A stretch of 62,969 nucleotides of DNA, counting the filler, from Reclinomonas americana ATCC 50394 (Eukaryota): the NCBI GenBank assembly GCA_048213135.1. It is 8 parts of 3 records of this genome, joined end to end, with 100 filler letters (N's around TTAATTAATTAA, not from the genome) between each part and the next. Parts side by side here need not be neighbours in the genome. Positions count along the whole stretch, not along the records: positions 1 to 4,523 come from PS015125.1; positions 4,624 to 18,773 come from PS015125.1; positions 18,874 to 23,117 come from PS015125.1; positions 23,218 to 27,078 come from PS015125.1; 4 more parts are not named here. One strand, given 5' to 3'. The position numbers and the translations under genes were made by a program. Numbering within the stretch: position 1 is the stretch's first letter; the number at the start of each line of letters is the position of its first letter. Under the pieces are notes generated by a model, which ran no database searches, was not told the DNA's origin, and worked only from the letters and a program-made list of their open reading frames with translations. This document shows, piece by piece, positions 1 through 24,596 of this stretch.

Positions 1-12680
<12,680 letters not shown>

Positions 12681-13079
12681 TGAAAGGGGGGAGGGGTGAG
12701 GGGGAAGGGGAGGGAGATGAGGGAGAGAGTGAAAGAGATGACCAGGTAATGGGCACAAACAGAGTGCGTGTTTGACGAAGCCCTCTTGTCGCGGTCCACA
12801 CACGATACCGACAAGGTACAAACACGGAAGAAGGTAATACAATGCGAAGAGGAGCGATGGTTTCTCTCTCGTGGGAAAGGAGGGATGAACGCAAAGGAGA
12901 ACGAGGTGAAGGATGGATAGCAAGAGAGAAAGAGGAAGAGAGAGAGTGTAGCGTGGCTGTTCTCTGTGCAAGCTCCGGTGCCCGACAGAGTCATGAATGT
13001 GCGTGAAGCGAACGGAGAGGTGGCAAAGAGTAAATATCTTGCACACAGAGGCGAACAGTGAGAGACAGAGGGGAAAGTG

Positions 13080-13285
13080 TGTGAGATCGTGCCAAAGCAG
13101 AGTCAAAGCTCATTCCCGTGAGAGAGAGAGAGGAGGGACGCAAGCGAACGGAGAAGGAAAGCAAAGAGACGAACTCGCACACTGACGAACCATGAGCGAG
13201 AAATATAAGACAAAGAGTAAATGTGATCGTGCCAAAGCAGAGTCAAAGCTCTTTCTCGCGTGAGAGAGAGAGGGACGCAAGCGAA
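13080..13285. repeat. Direct repeat, period about 142 bp, running into a gap
   Basis: gatcgtgccaaagcagagtcaaagctc...gagagagag...gggacgcaagcgaa occurs at about 13085 and 13225. Confidence 0.75.
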
Positions 13286-14539
13286 NNNNNNNNNNNNNNN
13301 NNNNNNNNNNNNNNNNNNNNNNNNNNNNNNNNNNNNNNNNNNNNNNNNNNNNNNNNNNNNNNNNNNNNNNNNNNNNNNNNNNNNNNNNNNNNNNNNNNNN
13401 NNNNNNNNNNNNNNNNNNNNNNNNNNNNNNNNNNNNNNNNNNNNNNNNNNNNNNNNNNNNNNNNNNNNNNNNNNNNNNNNNNNNNNNNNNNNNNNNNNNN
13501 NNNNNNNNNNNNNNNNNNNNNNNNNNNNNNNNNNNNNNNNNNNNNNNNNNNNNNNNNNNNNNNNNNNNNNNNNNNNNNNNNNNNNNNNNNNNNNNNNNNN
13601 NNNNNNNNNNNNNNNNNNNNNNNNNNNNNNNNNNNNNNNNNNNNNNNNNNNNNNNNNNNNNNNNNNNNNNNNNNNNNNNNNNNNNNNNNNNNNNNNNNNN
13701 NNNNNNNNNNNNNNNNNNNNNNNNNNNNNNNNNNNNNNNNNNNNNNNNNNNNNNNNNNNNNNNNNNNNNNNNNNNNNNNNNNNNNNNNNNNNNNNNNNNN
13801 NNNNNNNNNNNNNNNNNNNNNGGCTGTACATGTGTGCGCAGGGGTTAACTGATGTGGGGCACTGGTGAGCAAAGCACGGAGGGAACGGGAAACGCAAGTG
13901 AAAAAAAAACCGGCAGGAAATTCGATTTTTTCCGATCGTTTCTTGGACCGCGGATTTGAGGTCGAGGTGCAGATGGTTCCGCTGGTGGAGTGCAAGTACA
14001 GTGGGTGCTTCATAATCAGGATACGGATTTCTGACCGTATTGGAGAAACGGGACAAAAATCGATTGGATTGGCTCGATAATATCGGCCGCTGCGATAAGC
14101 TCACCAGCCGCATCGCTGAACCGTGGTAGCACGTGTAGCAGACGGGCCAGAGATCGACATAATCCAGGCAAAGAGATCTAGAAGGCGAGAGACGTGAAAG
14201 CGTTTCAGAAACTGCCTGGAATTCGACAACAACAAATTCATTCGCCAGCTGCAGCAAACATGCTACAGCTGCATGATGATCATTATCTTGAGTGAGCACC
14301 AAAAACTCAGACATCACGGAAAACCGACGAGAAAAAGTCGAGATGGCATGCTGGCGTTTCTGCAAGAGAAACCACTGCTCGTGACAAGCATGGATTTGAC
14401 GCCGAATTCCAAACAGGAATGCAGAAAGAGATCACCGCGTCCAACCATCCCCAGGGGGATCTGGACGGGCAATGCGTTTGCCTAGTTCTTTTCTTGCCGA
14501 GATTCAGTGTGCCGTGTACGACAACAGAAAACGCCAGCG

Positions 14540-14770
14540 AGGTCGTCGAATTCGCGATCGGATCCACAGGAAACCTTTTCAGCGAATTCGAAGCTGCATG
14601 CGCATGCGCAATTGCGATCGAATTCCGGATCTGCTCTTGGGGACAGTGCGGAAGCAATCCGGTTCACAGAGGCCATTCTTGCTCCAAGCCGATGTGATCT
14701 CGCTTGCAGAAACGGGTACGCCTGCATGCGCATGCGCAGAAGCATTCATTTCGAATTCGATCGCGACCTT
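14540..14770. promoter_or_regulatory. Palindrome-rich putative (bidirectional) promoter segment with two copies of TGCATGCGCATGCGCA
   Basis: The identical 16-mer is at 14595-14610 and 14723-14738, with clustered GAATTC and CGATCG. It lies between the divergent Cys-rich gene and IBA57. Confidence 0.35.
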
Positions 14771-14937
14771 CTCGGCCTGTTTCGGTGATTCAACGGTGAT
14801 CATCATGCTGCTGCGCTGCTGTTCGCACCTATACCGCTGATGTCATCGTTGCGGACAGCGTGGCGGTGTCATTCGGCCTTTTTGCGAAGGTGTGTTCGGA
14901 AAATCATTCTCTTGTATCATCGTCTCGAGCGAGGAAA

Positions 14938-15805
14938 ATGCTCCTCCGCCTCGCTCTCCCGCGCCACTCTCTGCTACACAGCGCCGAAGTAGCTCTCCGC
15001 TCGCCACCATCCTCCTCCTNNNNNNNNNNNNNNNNNNNNCCTTCCCCTTTCCTTACCCTTTCCTTCCCCTTCCCCTTCACCAACCCACTCCCCGTGCAGC
15101 TCACCCACGCCCGCCTCTCTGCCCACTTCTCCACCCGCCCCTTCCTCCTCCTCCAACTCCTCCCTTCCCACACCCGCATCCTCGCCTGCGATACCGAGTG
15201 GAGGAAGAGAACGCATTGTGGCCGCGGGCGTGTTTAGCCCGCGTGGCCGCGTGCTCTTCGACGTCATGGTGTTCCCGTCTGTGGAGCGACTGCTCATGTC
15301 GGAGCAGAGTCCGGCGCCCTTCAACGAAGGTCCTTGCCTTCCTTTCCTTCCTCCCCCGGTCTCGCGCGCTCACTCCACCCGCACTACGTACAGTGTATCA
15401 CATTGACTGTGCCAGGGACATTGCGCAGACGCTGAAGCAGCATCTGGCGCGCTTCAACATTCGCGGCAACCTCTCCATCTCGGATGTGAGCGACGAGATG
15501 CAGGCGTATGCGGTGTTTGGTGGCGGTGCGCCGTCGTCGCGCTCGCCTGTGCTCGATCACATGAAGGGACTCAATTGGGTGGCGCTCTCCGATCCGCGCT
15601 TGCCGGAGCTCGGCTATCGTGTGTATTCGCGCAAGGGGCAGCAGCGTTGCGTGGGGGAGGGGGAGGGGAGGGGAAAGAGAGGGAGATGAGGGTGACCACA
15701 ACGCAGCGGCACGAGACCATGCGGGCGCTGCAGTCGTTTGAAGGGATGTGTGGGTTGGGGGTGCGTGCTCTGTGCGAGGCGGAAGCGAGAGACAGAAAGA
15801 CAGAC

Positions 15806-15840
<35 letters not shown>

Positions 15841-16882
15841 AGAGAGACAGAGACAGAGAGAGACAGAGACAGAGAGAGACAGAGACAGAGAGAGACACAC
15901 ACACAGAGACAGAGACACAGACACAGACTGAGACAGAGACTGAGTGGTAGAGAAAGGGAGAGAGAGGGAGACACAGAGAGGGAGACACAGACAGAGTGGT
16001 AGAGAGGGAGACAGAGAGACAGAGAGAGTGTGTGTGAGAGAGAGAGCGAGTGTGGAAACACTTGCAGATAATTCTTCACATTTTCTCTCTCTCTCTCTNN
16101 NNNNNNNNNNNNNNNNNNNNNNNNNNNNNNNNNNNNNNNNNNNNNNNNNNNNNNNNNNNNNNNNNNNNNNNNNNNNNNNNNNNNNNNNNNNNNNNNNNNN
16201 NNNNNNNNNNNNNNNNNNNNNNNNNNNNNNNNNNNNNNNNNNNNNNNNNNNNNNNNNNNNNNNNNNNNNNNNNNNNNNNNNNNNNNNNNNNNNNNNNNNN
16301 NNNNNNNNNNNNNNNNNNNNNNNNNNNNNNNNNNNNNNNNNNNNNNNNNNNNNNNNNNNNNNNNNNNNNNNNNNNNNNNNNNNNNNNNNNNNNNNNNNNN
16401 NNNNNNNNNNNNNNNNNNNNNNNNNNNNNNNNNNNNNNNNNNNNNNNNNNNNNNNNNNNNNNNNNNNNNNNNNNNNNNNNNNNNNNNNNNNNNNNNNNNN
16501 NNNNNNNNNNNNNNNNNNNNNNNNNNNNNNNNNNNNNNNNNNNNNNNNNNNNNNNNNNNNNNNNNNNNNNNNNNNNNNNNNNNNNNNNNNNNNNNNNNNN
16601 NNNNNNNNNNNNNNNNNNNNNNNNNNNNNNNNNNNNNNNNNNNNNNNNNNNNNNNNNNNNNNNNNNNNNNNNNNNNNNNNNNNNNNNNNNNNNNNNNNNN
16701 NNNNNNNNNNNNNNNNNNNNNNNNNNNNNNNNNNNNNNNNNNNNNNNNNNNNNNNNNNNNNNNNNNNNNNNNNNNNNNNNGTGCTGTACGGCCGAACGGA
16801 CGGAGTGTACGGTACGAGCAGTGTGTGAGAGAGAGAGCGAGTGTGGTAACGAACTTACGTCAGATAATTACTTCTACATTCT

Positions 16883-16939
<57 letters not shown>

Positions 16940-18048
16940 CTTCTTTTCCCTGCTATCAGCTGATCGAAGCAGAAGAGAGTGAACTATCTTGCTCCTGCTA
17001 ACTGGCAAGAGAACAGCTCTGCTACAAGATAATTCTTCCCTCCCCCTTCGTCCTTGTGCCTCCATCACCCTTTACCTCCATCACCCTTCCCTTCTTCGCC
17101 CTTCCCTCGTTCACCCTTTCTTCCATCCCCGTTCTCTCCGTCACCTGTTCCTCCATGACCCTTTCTCCATCACTCTTCGCTTTTCACCATTCCATCGTTC
17201 ACCTTTCCCTCCATCCCCACTCTCACCGTCGCCCTTTTCTTCATGACCTTTCTCCCTTCACTTCGCCATTCTCCATCACCCCTTCCCCTCCCTCACTCTT
17301 CCCTTCTTCCACCCTTCCCTCACAGCCTCCTTCCCCGCCTCCATCCCCCGCGTGTCGGCCGGCACCTACGACCGCTTCCGTGCCGCACTCGGCGTGCCGG
17401 AGGGCCCACACGAGGTGCCCTACAACGACTGTCTGCCCCTCGAGTGCAATCTAGATCTGCTCGGCGGCGTCAGCTTCTCCAAGGGCTGCTACGTGGGCCA
17501 GGAGCTGACGGCACGCACGCACCACGTGGGCGTTGTGCGCAAGAGAGTTGCGTGGCGCGCGGGTGCTGCACCTATGATGTGCCGCCACCGACAACGAGTG
17601 TGCATGCGCATGTGTGCAGGTACTGCCCGTGGTGTTCGCCTCGAGTGCCGAAGAGGCGGCGCGCATGGCCAGCGAGGGCGGCGAGTGGAAGTTTGACGAG
17701 GACGTCAACCAGGGCGCCGCGTACACCATGGTGGACGCCGACCTGGTCACCGCCTCCTTCAAACGCAAGATTGGCCGCGTGCTGTGCCGACGCGGTCCCA
17801 CCGGACTGGCACTGGTGCGCCTCGCCGACGCCTTCCCCGGCTTCATTCCCGCCGGCGACGAAGGCCAGCGCGCTCCACAGCGACCACCCTCGATCGTATC
17901 CGTGCCGCTGACGGTGCTGGAGCCGGCACCGACCAAGGACGACAGCACGACGACCGCGGCAACGAGCTCTGTCATTGGCCATGCGGTGGCGTACTTTCCT
18001 CCGTGGTTGGAGGTGCTGTGGCGGGAGGAGGAGGCGGAGGCAAAGTAA
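14938..18048 (+). CDS. IBA57: Mitochondrial iron-sulfur cluster assembly factor IBA57/CAF17 (YgfZ family)
   Basis: Transit-peptide-like [10 protein letters not shown] start, then [19 protein letters not shown] and the diagnostic [18 protein letters not shown]...GVVRKR motif. Part is lost in gaps. Confidence 0.93.
16782..16880. other. Assembly artefact: degraded mate-pair internal linker followed by an error-laden copy of 16028-16098
   Basis: tgctgtacggccgaacggacggagtgtacggtacgagcag resembles CTGCTGTACGGCCAAGGCGGATGTACGGTACAGCAG with flow-noise insertions. Confidence 0.75.
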
Positions 18049-18453
18049 ATTCATAGAAGGGTACCCATAGAGCAGGAGCAATTGCGTTCGAAGACTTCGA
18101 GAGGGCAGGTGGTGCCAAGGACAAGGTTTGTTGTGCATGGAGTTCTTTGACAATCTCACCTTGTCTCCTGTCACTGCGTGTTACAACGTACAGATTCTCT
18201 TGTTCCTTAACTGCGTCATCGACGGTGTTATCATGTCCCCATATCTTCCGTGGCCAGCTGTGGTTCGAGATGTTCTGTTGTGAGACGAGTCGAACGGTAC
18301 CGGTCACGCTAGTCGAGCGCCGTGTCCCGGCTCTGAAAAGCTTGCTCGACAGTCTCAGGTTGGCAACGACGGAGAAGAGGAGGAGAGGAACGTCGTCGTG
18401 TCCTCTTCCCGTCCCATTGCATCAATCCATTCAATACAACAGCACGAAGAGCA

Positions 18454-18877
18454 ATGCCGCCCGTGAAGATCCGCTTGGCAAGGTGCTGCCCCTCTCACTC
18501 ACTCTCACTCACCCTTCCTCACTCTCTCGCTCACTCTCTCTCTTTCTCCACTGCAGGTTTGGCCGCACTGGTCAGGCGTTTTATCGCATTGTGGTGGCCG
18601 ATTCACGAGCGCCGCGCGATGGAAAGTTCATTGAGAAGGTGAGTTGAAGGAGGCGTGAAGAGAACGTGGATGGATGGAGAGAGAGGGAATAGTGAGTGGC
18701 ACGAGAGGGACATGTTATGCACTCTCTCACTCTCACTCACTCTTCCTCGCTCCTCGTGAGGTTGCAAAGGGGCNNNNNNNNNNNNNNNNNNNNNNNNNNN
18801 NNNNNNNNNNNNNNNNNTTAATTAATTAANNNNNNNNNNNNNNNNNNNNNNNNNNNNNNNNNNNNNNNNNNNNTCTC

Positions 18878-18918
<41 letters not shown>

Positions 18919-19214
18919 CCCCTCCCCTCCTCTCTCTCTCTCTCTCTCTCTCTCCTCCCTTCCTCTCTCTCTCTCTCTCTCTCTCTGCACAGCTCGGCAC
19001 CTACGACCCCACCACCACCGACACCTCCAACGCCTGCATGCGCCTCGACGCCCAACGCGCTCAATACTGGCTCTCGGTGGGCGCACAACCCTCGGACCGC
19101 GTCGCCAAGCTCCTCGGCCTCGTCGGCGTCCTCCCTCGCTTCCCCACACGACACGTGGCGCCAGGCACCAGCAAGAAGTCAGCCTCCAGCAGCTCCACTG
19201 CAGGCGACACGTAG
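18454..19214 (+). CDS. MRPS16: Mitochondrial ribosomal protein bS16m
   Basis: Exons 18454-18482, 18557-18638 and 18993-19214 give [43 protein letters not shown]...[20 protein letters not shown]. Confidence 0.95.
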
Positions 19215-19284
19215 ACACACAGACGCTTACACACGACAAGGAGAATGAACGTCAACAGTTGTCTGTCCTCTTGTTTTTTTTTGA

Positions 19285-21723
19285 ATGTTGTCTGCACGCG
19301 CGGCCTCTCGTGCGCTCACGCCCAGTCGCGCGGATCTCCCGCGCTTTCTCGAGGCCAAGTCCGACGAGTTCAACTCCACCACAAACCCGCTCGGCTTCCT
19401 CGTGCTCACCATTGCCGAGAACAAGCTTGTGTGGCCGCGATTGCGCGACAAGCTCTTCCAGGTCCCCCTCTGCCTCTCTCTGTGTTCCCCTCACACACAC
19501 ACACGCGTGCCTCACTGTGGTGTGCACAAAAGATCCGCTCCTCGCATGCCATGCCCGACGCCTCCGCCTTTTACGACGCCATGCGCGGAGTCAGCGCCCT
19601 CCGCCACGCACTGTCCGCGCTGCTCTCCCGCACGTTTTGCCGCGCGCCCGTTGCCGCGGACAGTGTAGTGGTGACGTCAGGCGCCGGCTCCTGTATTGAT
19701 CTGTTGGCGTGGTGTGTGGCCGGTGAGGGCGACGCGGTGCTCATTCCCGCCCCGTATTATCCGAGCTTCGATACGGACACGCTCATGCGATCGGGCGTGC
19801 TTCCGCGTCCTGTGGCCTCGCGGGTCGACGATGCGTATGATATTACAGTGGAGGCACTGGAGGAGGCGTATGAGGCGGCAGTGGAGGCCGGGCATCGACC
19901 GAAGGTCCTTGCACAATTCAATTTCCAAGTTGTCAATTGTCGTCACGGCAAAGGTCTTACTCCGTGCAGTTGCTGCTGATTACGAATCCGGCCAACCCGC
20001 TGGGCGTGTGCTACTCGCGGGAGACCATGACGCGGTGCGTGGAGTGGGCGCTGGCCAAGGCCGACGATTTGCACGTGGTCAGCGATGAGATCTATGGAAA
20101 CAGGTTGGCGATTGTGTTTTTTTAAGAAGAAGAGGAGGAGGTGGAGGGGGAGCTGAGTGGAGTGGTGCGCAGTGTGTTTGGTGAGGAGGGGCCGGCCATG
20201 GTTAGTGTGATGCAGATCATGCAGGAGCGGTCGCCCGCGGAGGTCAACTACTTGGGTGATCGAGTGCACATGGTGTATGGGTTTGCCAAGGTGCGGGAGG
20301 GGGGAGAAGGAGGGAAGGAGAAGGGGGAAGGAGCGGGAGGAGGAGGAGGAGGAGGAAGAGGGAGAGGAATAGGAAGAGGAAGAGAAAGTGGGGAGGGGAG
20401 AGGAAGAGGNNNNNNNNNNNNNNNNNNNNAAGAGGAAGAAGAAGAGGAAGAAAGAGAAGGAGGAGGAGATGGAGAATGTGAAGGACAAAGAGGAGAATGA
20501 GGAGGAGAAGGAGAAGAGGAAGAAGAAGGAGAAGAAGAAGGAGAAGGCGACGGAGAAGGAGAATGAGAAGGAGAAGGAGAAGGAGGAAGAGAAGGGTCAT
20601 GAGGAGGAGGTGGATGGGAGCGGAAGAGGAAGGGGGAAGAGGGGAGTGGGAAGGGGGTGAAAGAGAGGAAGAATGAGAGGAAGAGGTAGAAAGAGAGGGA
20701 GGAGGATATGGAGAATGAGAAGGACAAGGAGGAAAAAGTGAAGGAGAAGAAGAAGAAGGGGAAGAGGAGGAGGGCGAGGACCGACGGCACTGAAGCCTGC
20801 TCGCTGACGACCCCAGTGGCCCACGTCGTCACAACAGGAGTTTCCTCTTCTCATCCTACCCGCCCTCCCTTCTTCTCGTCCTCCTCCTCCTCCTCCTCCT
20901 CGCCTTCTGCTTTCTCTTCTTCTGCTGCCTCTCTGAATCGTCAACGCGGGGATAGAAGGATGAGAAATGCCCGACCCCTCGAAAGAATTGATATGGCTGT
21001 GCCTTGGCATGCGTGTCGCAGTTGGGGATCGCTGTCGTGCCCTGCCCGCTCTCACTCTCTACTCTCCACCCAGGACTTTGGCGTCTCCGGCTTCCGCTGT
21101 GGCACCATCATCACCCACAATGAGCAGCTGATCAAAGCGGTTCGCGCCGTGCGGTCTTCCTCTCACTCTCTTCCCCGCAGCCGCGTGACTGACACGGCAC
21201 GCCTTCGATGCAGCTCGACACACTCACGTACTTTTCCGGCGTCAGCAACGACACGCAGTATGTTGCGTACTCCACTTGATCCCCTCACCGCTTCCCATCC
21301 TTCCTCGTCACGCACACCCCTTTCCGCGTTGCGCAGATGCTCGCCGAGCTGCTGGAAGACGAGGCGTGGATGGACGAGTTTTTCGAGCACGTGCGGCACA
21401 CGCTGCGCGACACGTACCACCGAGTGGCCGCCGTGTTTGACGAGTTCGCCATTCCGGTGCTGACGCCGTCGGCCGGCGTCTTCTGCTGGGTGGACATGCG
21501 GCGACTGCTGGCCGAGCCGACGTGGGAGGCGCACCGCAAGTTGGAGGAAGAGCTGTTCACCGAGTGTCGCATGGTGATGACGTCGGGCGAGATCTGCCAC
21601 GCACCCGAGCCGGGCTTCTTCCGCATGTGCTATGCGTGGCCGACGGACACCGAGTGGACGGTCGAGTTGTCGCGCCGCTTGCGCGTGTGGCTCGCCGGTC
21701 GCGGCACATCATCGGAGACGTGA
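19285..21723 (+). CDS. ACC-synthase-like PLP-dependent aminotransferase (class I/II)
   Basis: Seven exons. Motifs: NPLGFLVLTIAENKL, GDAVLIPAPYYPSF, TNPANPLG, HVVSDEIY, PLP-lysine GFAKDFGVSGFRCG, EPGFFRMCYA. Confidence 0.92.
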
Positions 21724-21901
21724 GAGAACGGGTACAAGAAAAAGAATAGTACATTTGACACGCGACAGATTACGAACTCTGCCGAGCAGACAGAGCGCGG
21801 CATGCAAAAAGAGAGCAAGGAGGCCAGCAAGTTACAATTACATAGACGCATGGAGAGATGCGTGGCGAGCATCACCAGCGGCAGGCAAAATTGACGGTAG
21901 G

Positions 21902-23826
21902 CTAAAGCACGAGCGAGCGGGGGAGAGCGCTAGGAGTCCTCGGCGTGGTCACCGGCCGTCATGCGGTTGCGCACCGCCCACCCGACAATGTGTCCGCGGC
22001 ACTTCTCAGTGCCACAGCTGCACTCAAAGTCGACACCCTGCGCAATCATGTCGTCCTCCGAAACCTATGGACAAGTAAAGACGCAACAGCGTCAGTCACC
22101 GTTGCAAAATGTGCCCAAGGAAAACACACGGGCGCGCGCACCTCATAGTCAAACTCAATCGGCTGTCCGGGGTGAATGTCGCGACGGGCCCACAATTCGG
22201 CCCACGCACCCGGCAGCAACTTAATGTCGCAGTTCGGGTCGCACGAGTGCGCCAGGAAGTTGTCGTGGTCGTTCGGGGTCACCGAGGAGGAGTAGGCGTC
22301 TGCGAGGGGGGTAGAGGGGAAAGGGGGGGTGAGAAAGGGAGGAGGAGAAGGGACAGGGATAGAAAGGAAAGGGGGAGTGCGATACCAACTTGTCACCAAG
22401 AGAACAGGCAAGGAAGAGGACAGAAGGGAGACAGGAGCCACGAGTCGTTCGATCGAGAAGAGGAGAAGAGAGACAAAGCCATCAGTCGACGAATGGCGAG
22501 AAAATTGATCCCGCGATACCATGGAGAGCCTTATTCAGGCCCAGTCGTCCCCCACGCGCATACTTAAACAGACAGACGAGACGGAGGAGAGAAAAATAGA
22601 GAGAGTCATCAGTTGTCGAATTTTGAGACAGCTGATCTCTAACGTGCATTATCAAGACACACATACAAAGAGAGTGAATAATGGGTCACTGTTTCCAAGC
22701 GACGATAGAGGAGAGCCTTGATCGTGCTCAAACGTCCCCCCCCCCCCCCCACCATATCACCAAGAGTGCAGACAAGGAAGAGGACAGATATGTGAAATGC
22801 GGGTGAATTGTTCCGAGTGACACCAAACAAGAGCCTCGATCGATTCCAAACGTCCCCCACGCATACCACCAACGGAAAAGAGAGAAGGGAGAGGAGAAAG
22901 ACAAAGGAGCTTGAGTACACAGACAAAGACGCCATTCGGCGAACGGCGGGTGAATTGTTCCGAGCGACCGCTAAGGAGAGCCTCGATCGACTTCAATCGT
23001 CCCCCACGCATGCCACCAACGGAAAAGAGAGAAGAGGCGAGAGAAGAGACGAAGAAGCATGAGTACACAGACAAAGACGCCAGTCGGCGAACGGCGGGTC
23101 GATTGTTCCGAGCGACCNNNNNNNNNNNNNNNNNNNNNNNNNNNNNNNNNNNNNNNNNNNNTTAATTAATTAANNNNNNNNNNNNNNNNNNNNNNNNNNN
23201 NNNNNNNNNNNNNNNNNGAGGAGAGCCTCGATTGACTCCACACGTCCCCCACGCATGCCACCAACGGAAAAGAGAGAAGAGGCGAGAAAAGAGACAAAGA
23301 AGCTTGAGAACAGACAAAGCCGCCAGTCGGCGAATGGCGGGTCGATTGTTCCGAGCGACCAAACAAGAACCTCGATTGACTCCACACGTGCCCCACACAT
23401 GCCACCAAGGAAACAGACGAGGCAGAGGAGAGAAGAGAGATACACCTTCCCTTCTCCTCCTCCCTCCCTTCTCCCTGTTATCTATTGTCCACCTACTCAC
23501 CATCGCCGACCTTGATGACCTTGTTGAAATCGACGACCTGCTCCGCCGTTTGAATATTCAACGGCGGCAGCACAATCGCCAGCTCTCCCGCCGGAATCAC
23601 CACCGAAGGCGTGAGAAAGCGCCCAATAATCGGATCCTCGAGCACCTGAAAGCCCCATTTCGCACCCAGTCCCAAGTAATCAGACGCCTAAAAAGCCACT
23701 CACAAGTCAGTGAGAGTGAGAGTGAGAGAGTTGTATGTCTCTGTGTATGCGTGTTACCTGTGAGAGAGCCTTGAGATGCTCCACAGGCACTGGCGCATCT
23801 TCCATTGCAGCAGTCGTCGATGTCAT
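21902..23826 (-). CDS. Small SET + post-SET domain protein (putative lysine methyltransferase)
   Basis: Spliced: MTSTTAAMED...-GRFLTPSVVIPAGE...-NFLAHSCDPNC...ARRDIHPGQPIEFDYE-...FECSCGTEKCRGHIVGW. The last exon frame is uncertain at a C5 homopolymer. Confidence 0.85.
22710..23410. repeat. Intronic tandem array, unit about 146 bp, at least 4-5 copies, interrupted by a gap
   Basis: gagcctcgat...cgtcccccacgca..ccaccaacggaaaagaga...cggcgaacggcgggt..attgttccgagcgacc at about 22831, 22977, 23221 and 23369. Confidence 0.9.
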
Positions 23827-24596
23827 GTGTGTCTGATTGCGTGGAGAGCGCAGCAGTGAGTGACATGCTCTGGGTGTCTCTCTCTCTCTCACACACACAC
23901 TGGCACACGAGGAGACAAGACAGGCTTGCGTATGTGTGTGACAGAGAGAGTGCGAGAGATAAAGTGTGTTTCGGACAAACTCAAAGACACACACACTCTC
24001 ACGCGCGCACACGCAGAGAGCAATGAACGCAACGATGTGTGTGTATGTGTATGTGTGTTGAAGTGTGTGAGCGCAGGGGAAAACAAAGAGAGAAACAAAC
24101 GGACAGATGAATGTAATGCGCGAGTTATTCGGCGACGGATGTTCATGTGCAATGCCACAAAAAGTCTCGCACTGACCCCCGACAGCTTTTCTCTCTCTCT
24201 CTCGCACACACACACACACACACACACGCACATGTGTATATGTAGCACAGATGCGCGTGTGTGTCTGTGTGCTTGTGTAAAAAAGCGAATCCAGGAAGAT
24301 GCGTCGCGACGACGGCTTGTTGTCTAATTCCACACTCTCGCTCTCACTCTCTCACACACACGCGAGTGTCACTGTTATCTTTCCTTTGCACGCACTCATT
24401 CTCGCTGCGTTCGCTCGAGCCATGACTTGGTTCCTCACCAATGCGCCAATCGAACACCAATTATGGGCATGTCGTTTGGGTTTATGAGTTTTCTTCTTCT
24501 GTCTTCTCCTTCCCGTCTCCTTGCCGCTACTACGAACGCATACAAATCCCCTCTCCTTCTCTCCTTCTGTTTCTCTCTTCCCCCGCTCCCCCGCGT

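Noticed and set aside
13822-14365. Minus-strand ORFs that might be the first exons of the Cys-rich gene
   Set aside because: I could not build a phase-consistent model or find a convincing signal peptide, so this is left unassigned.
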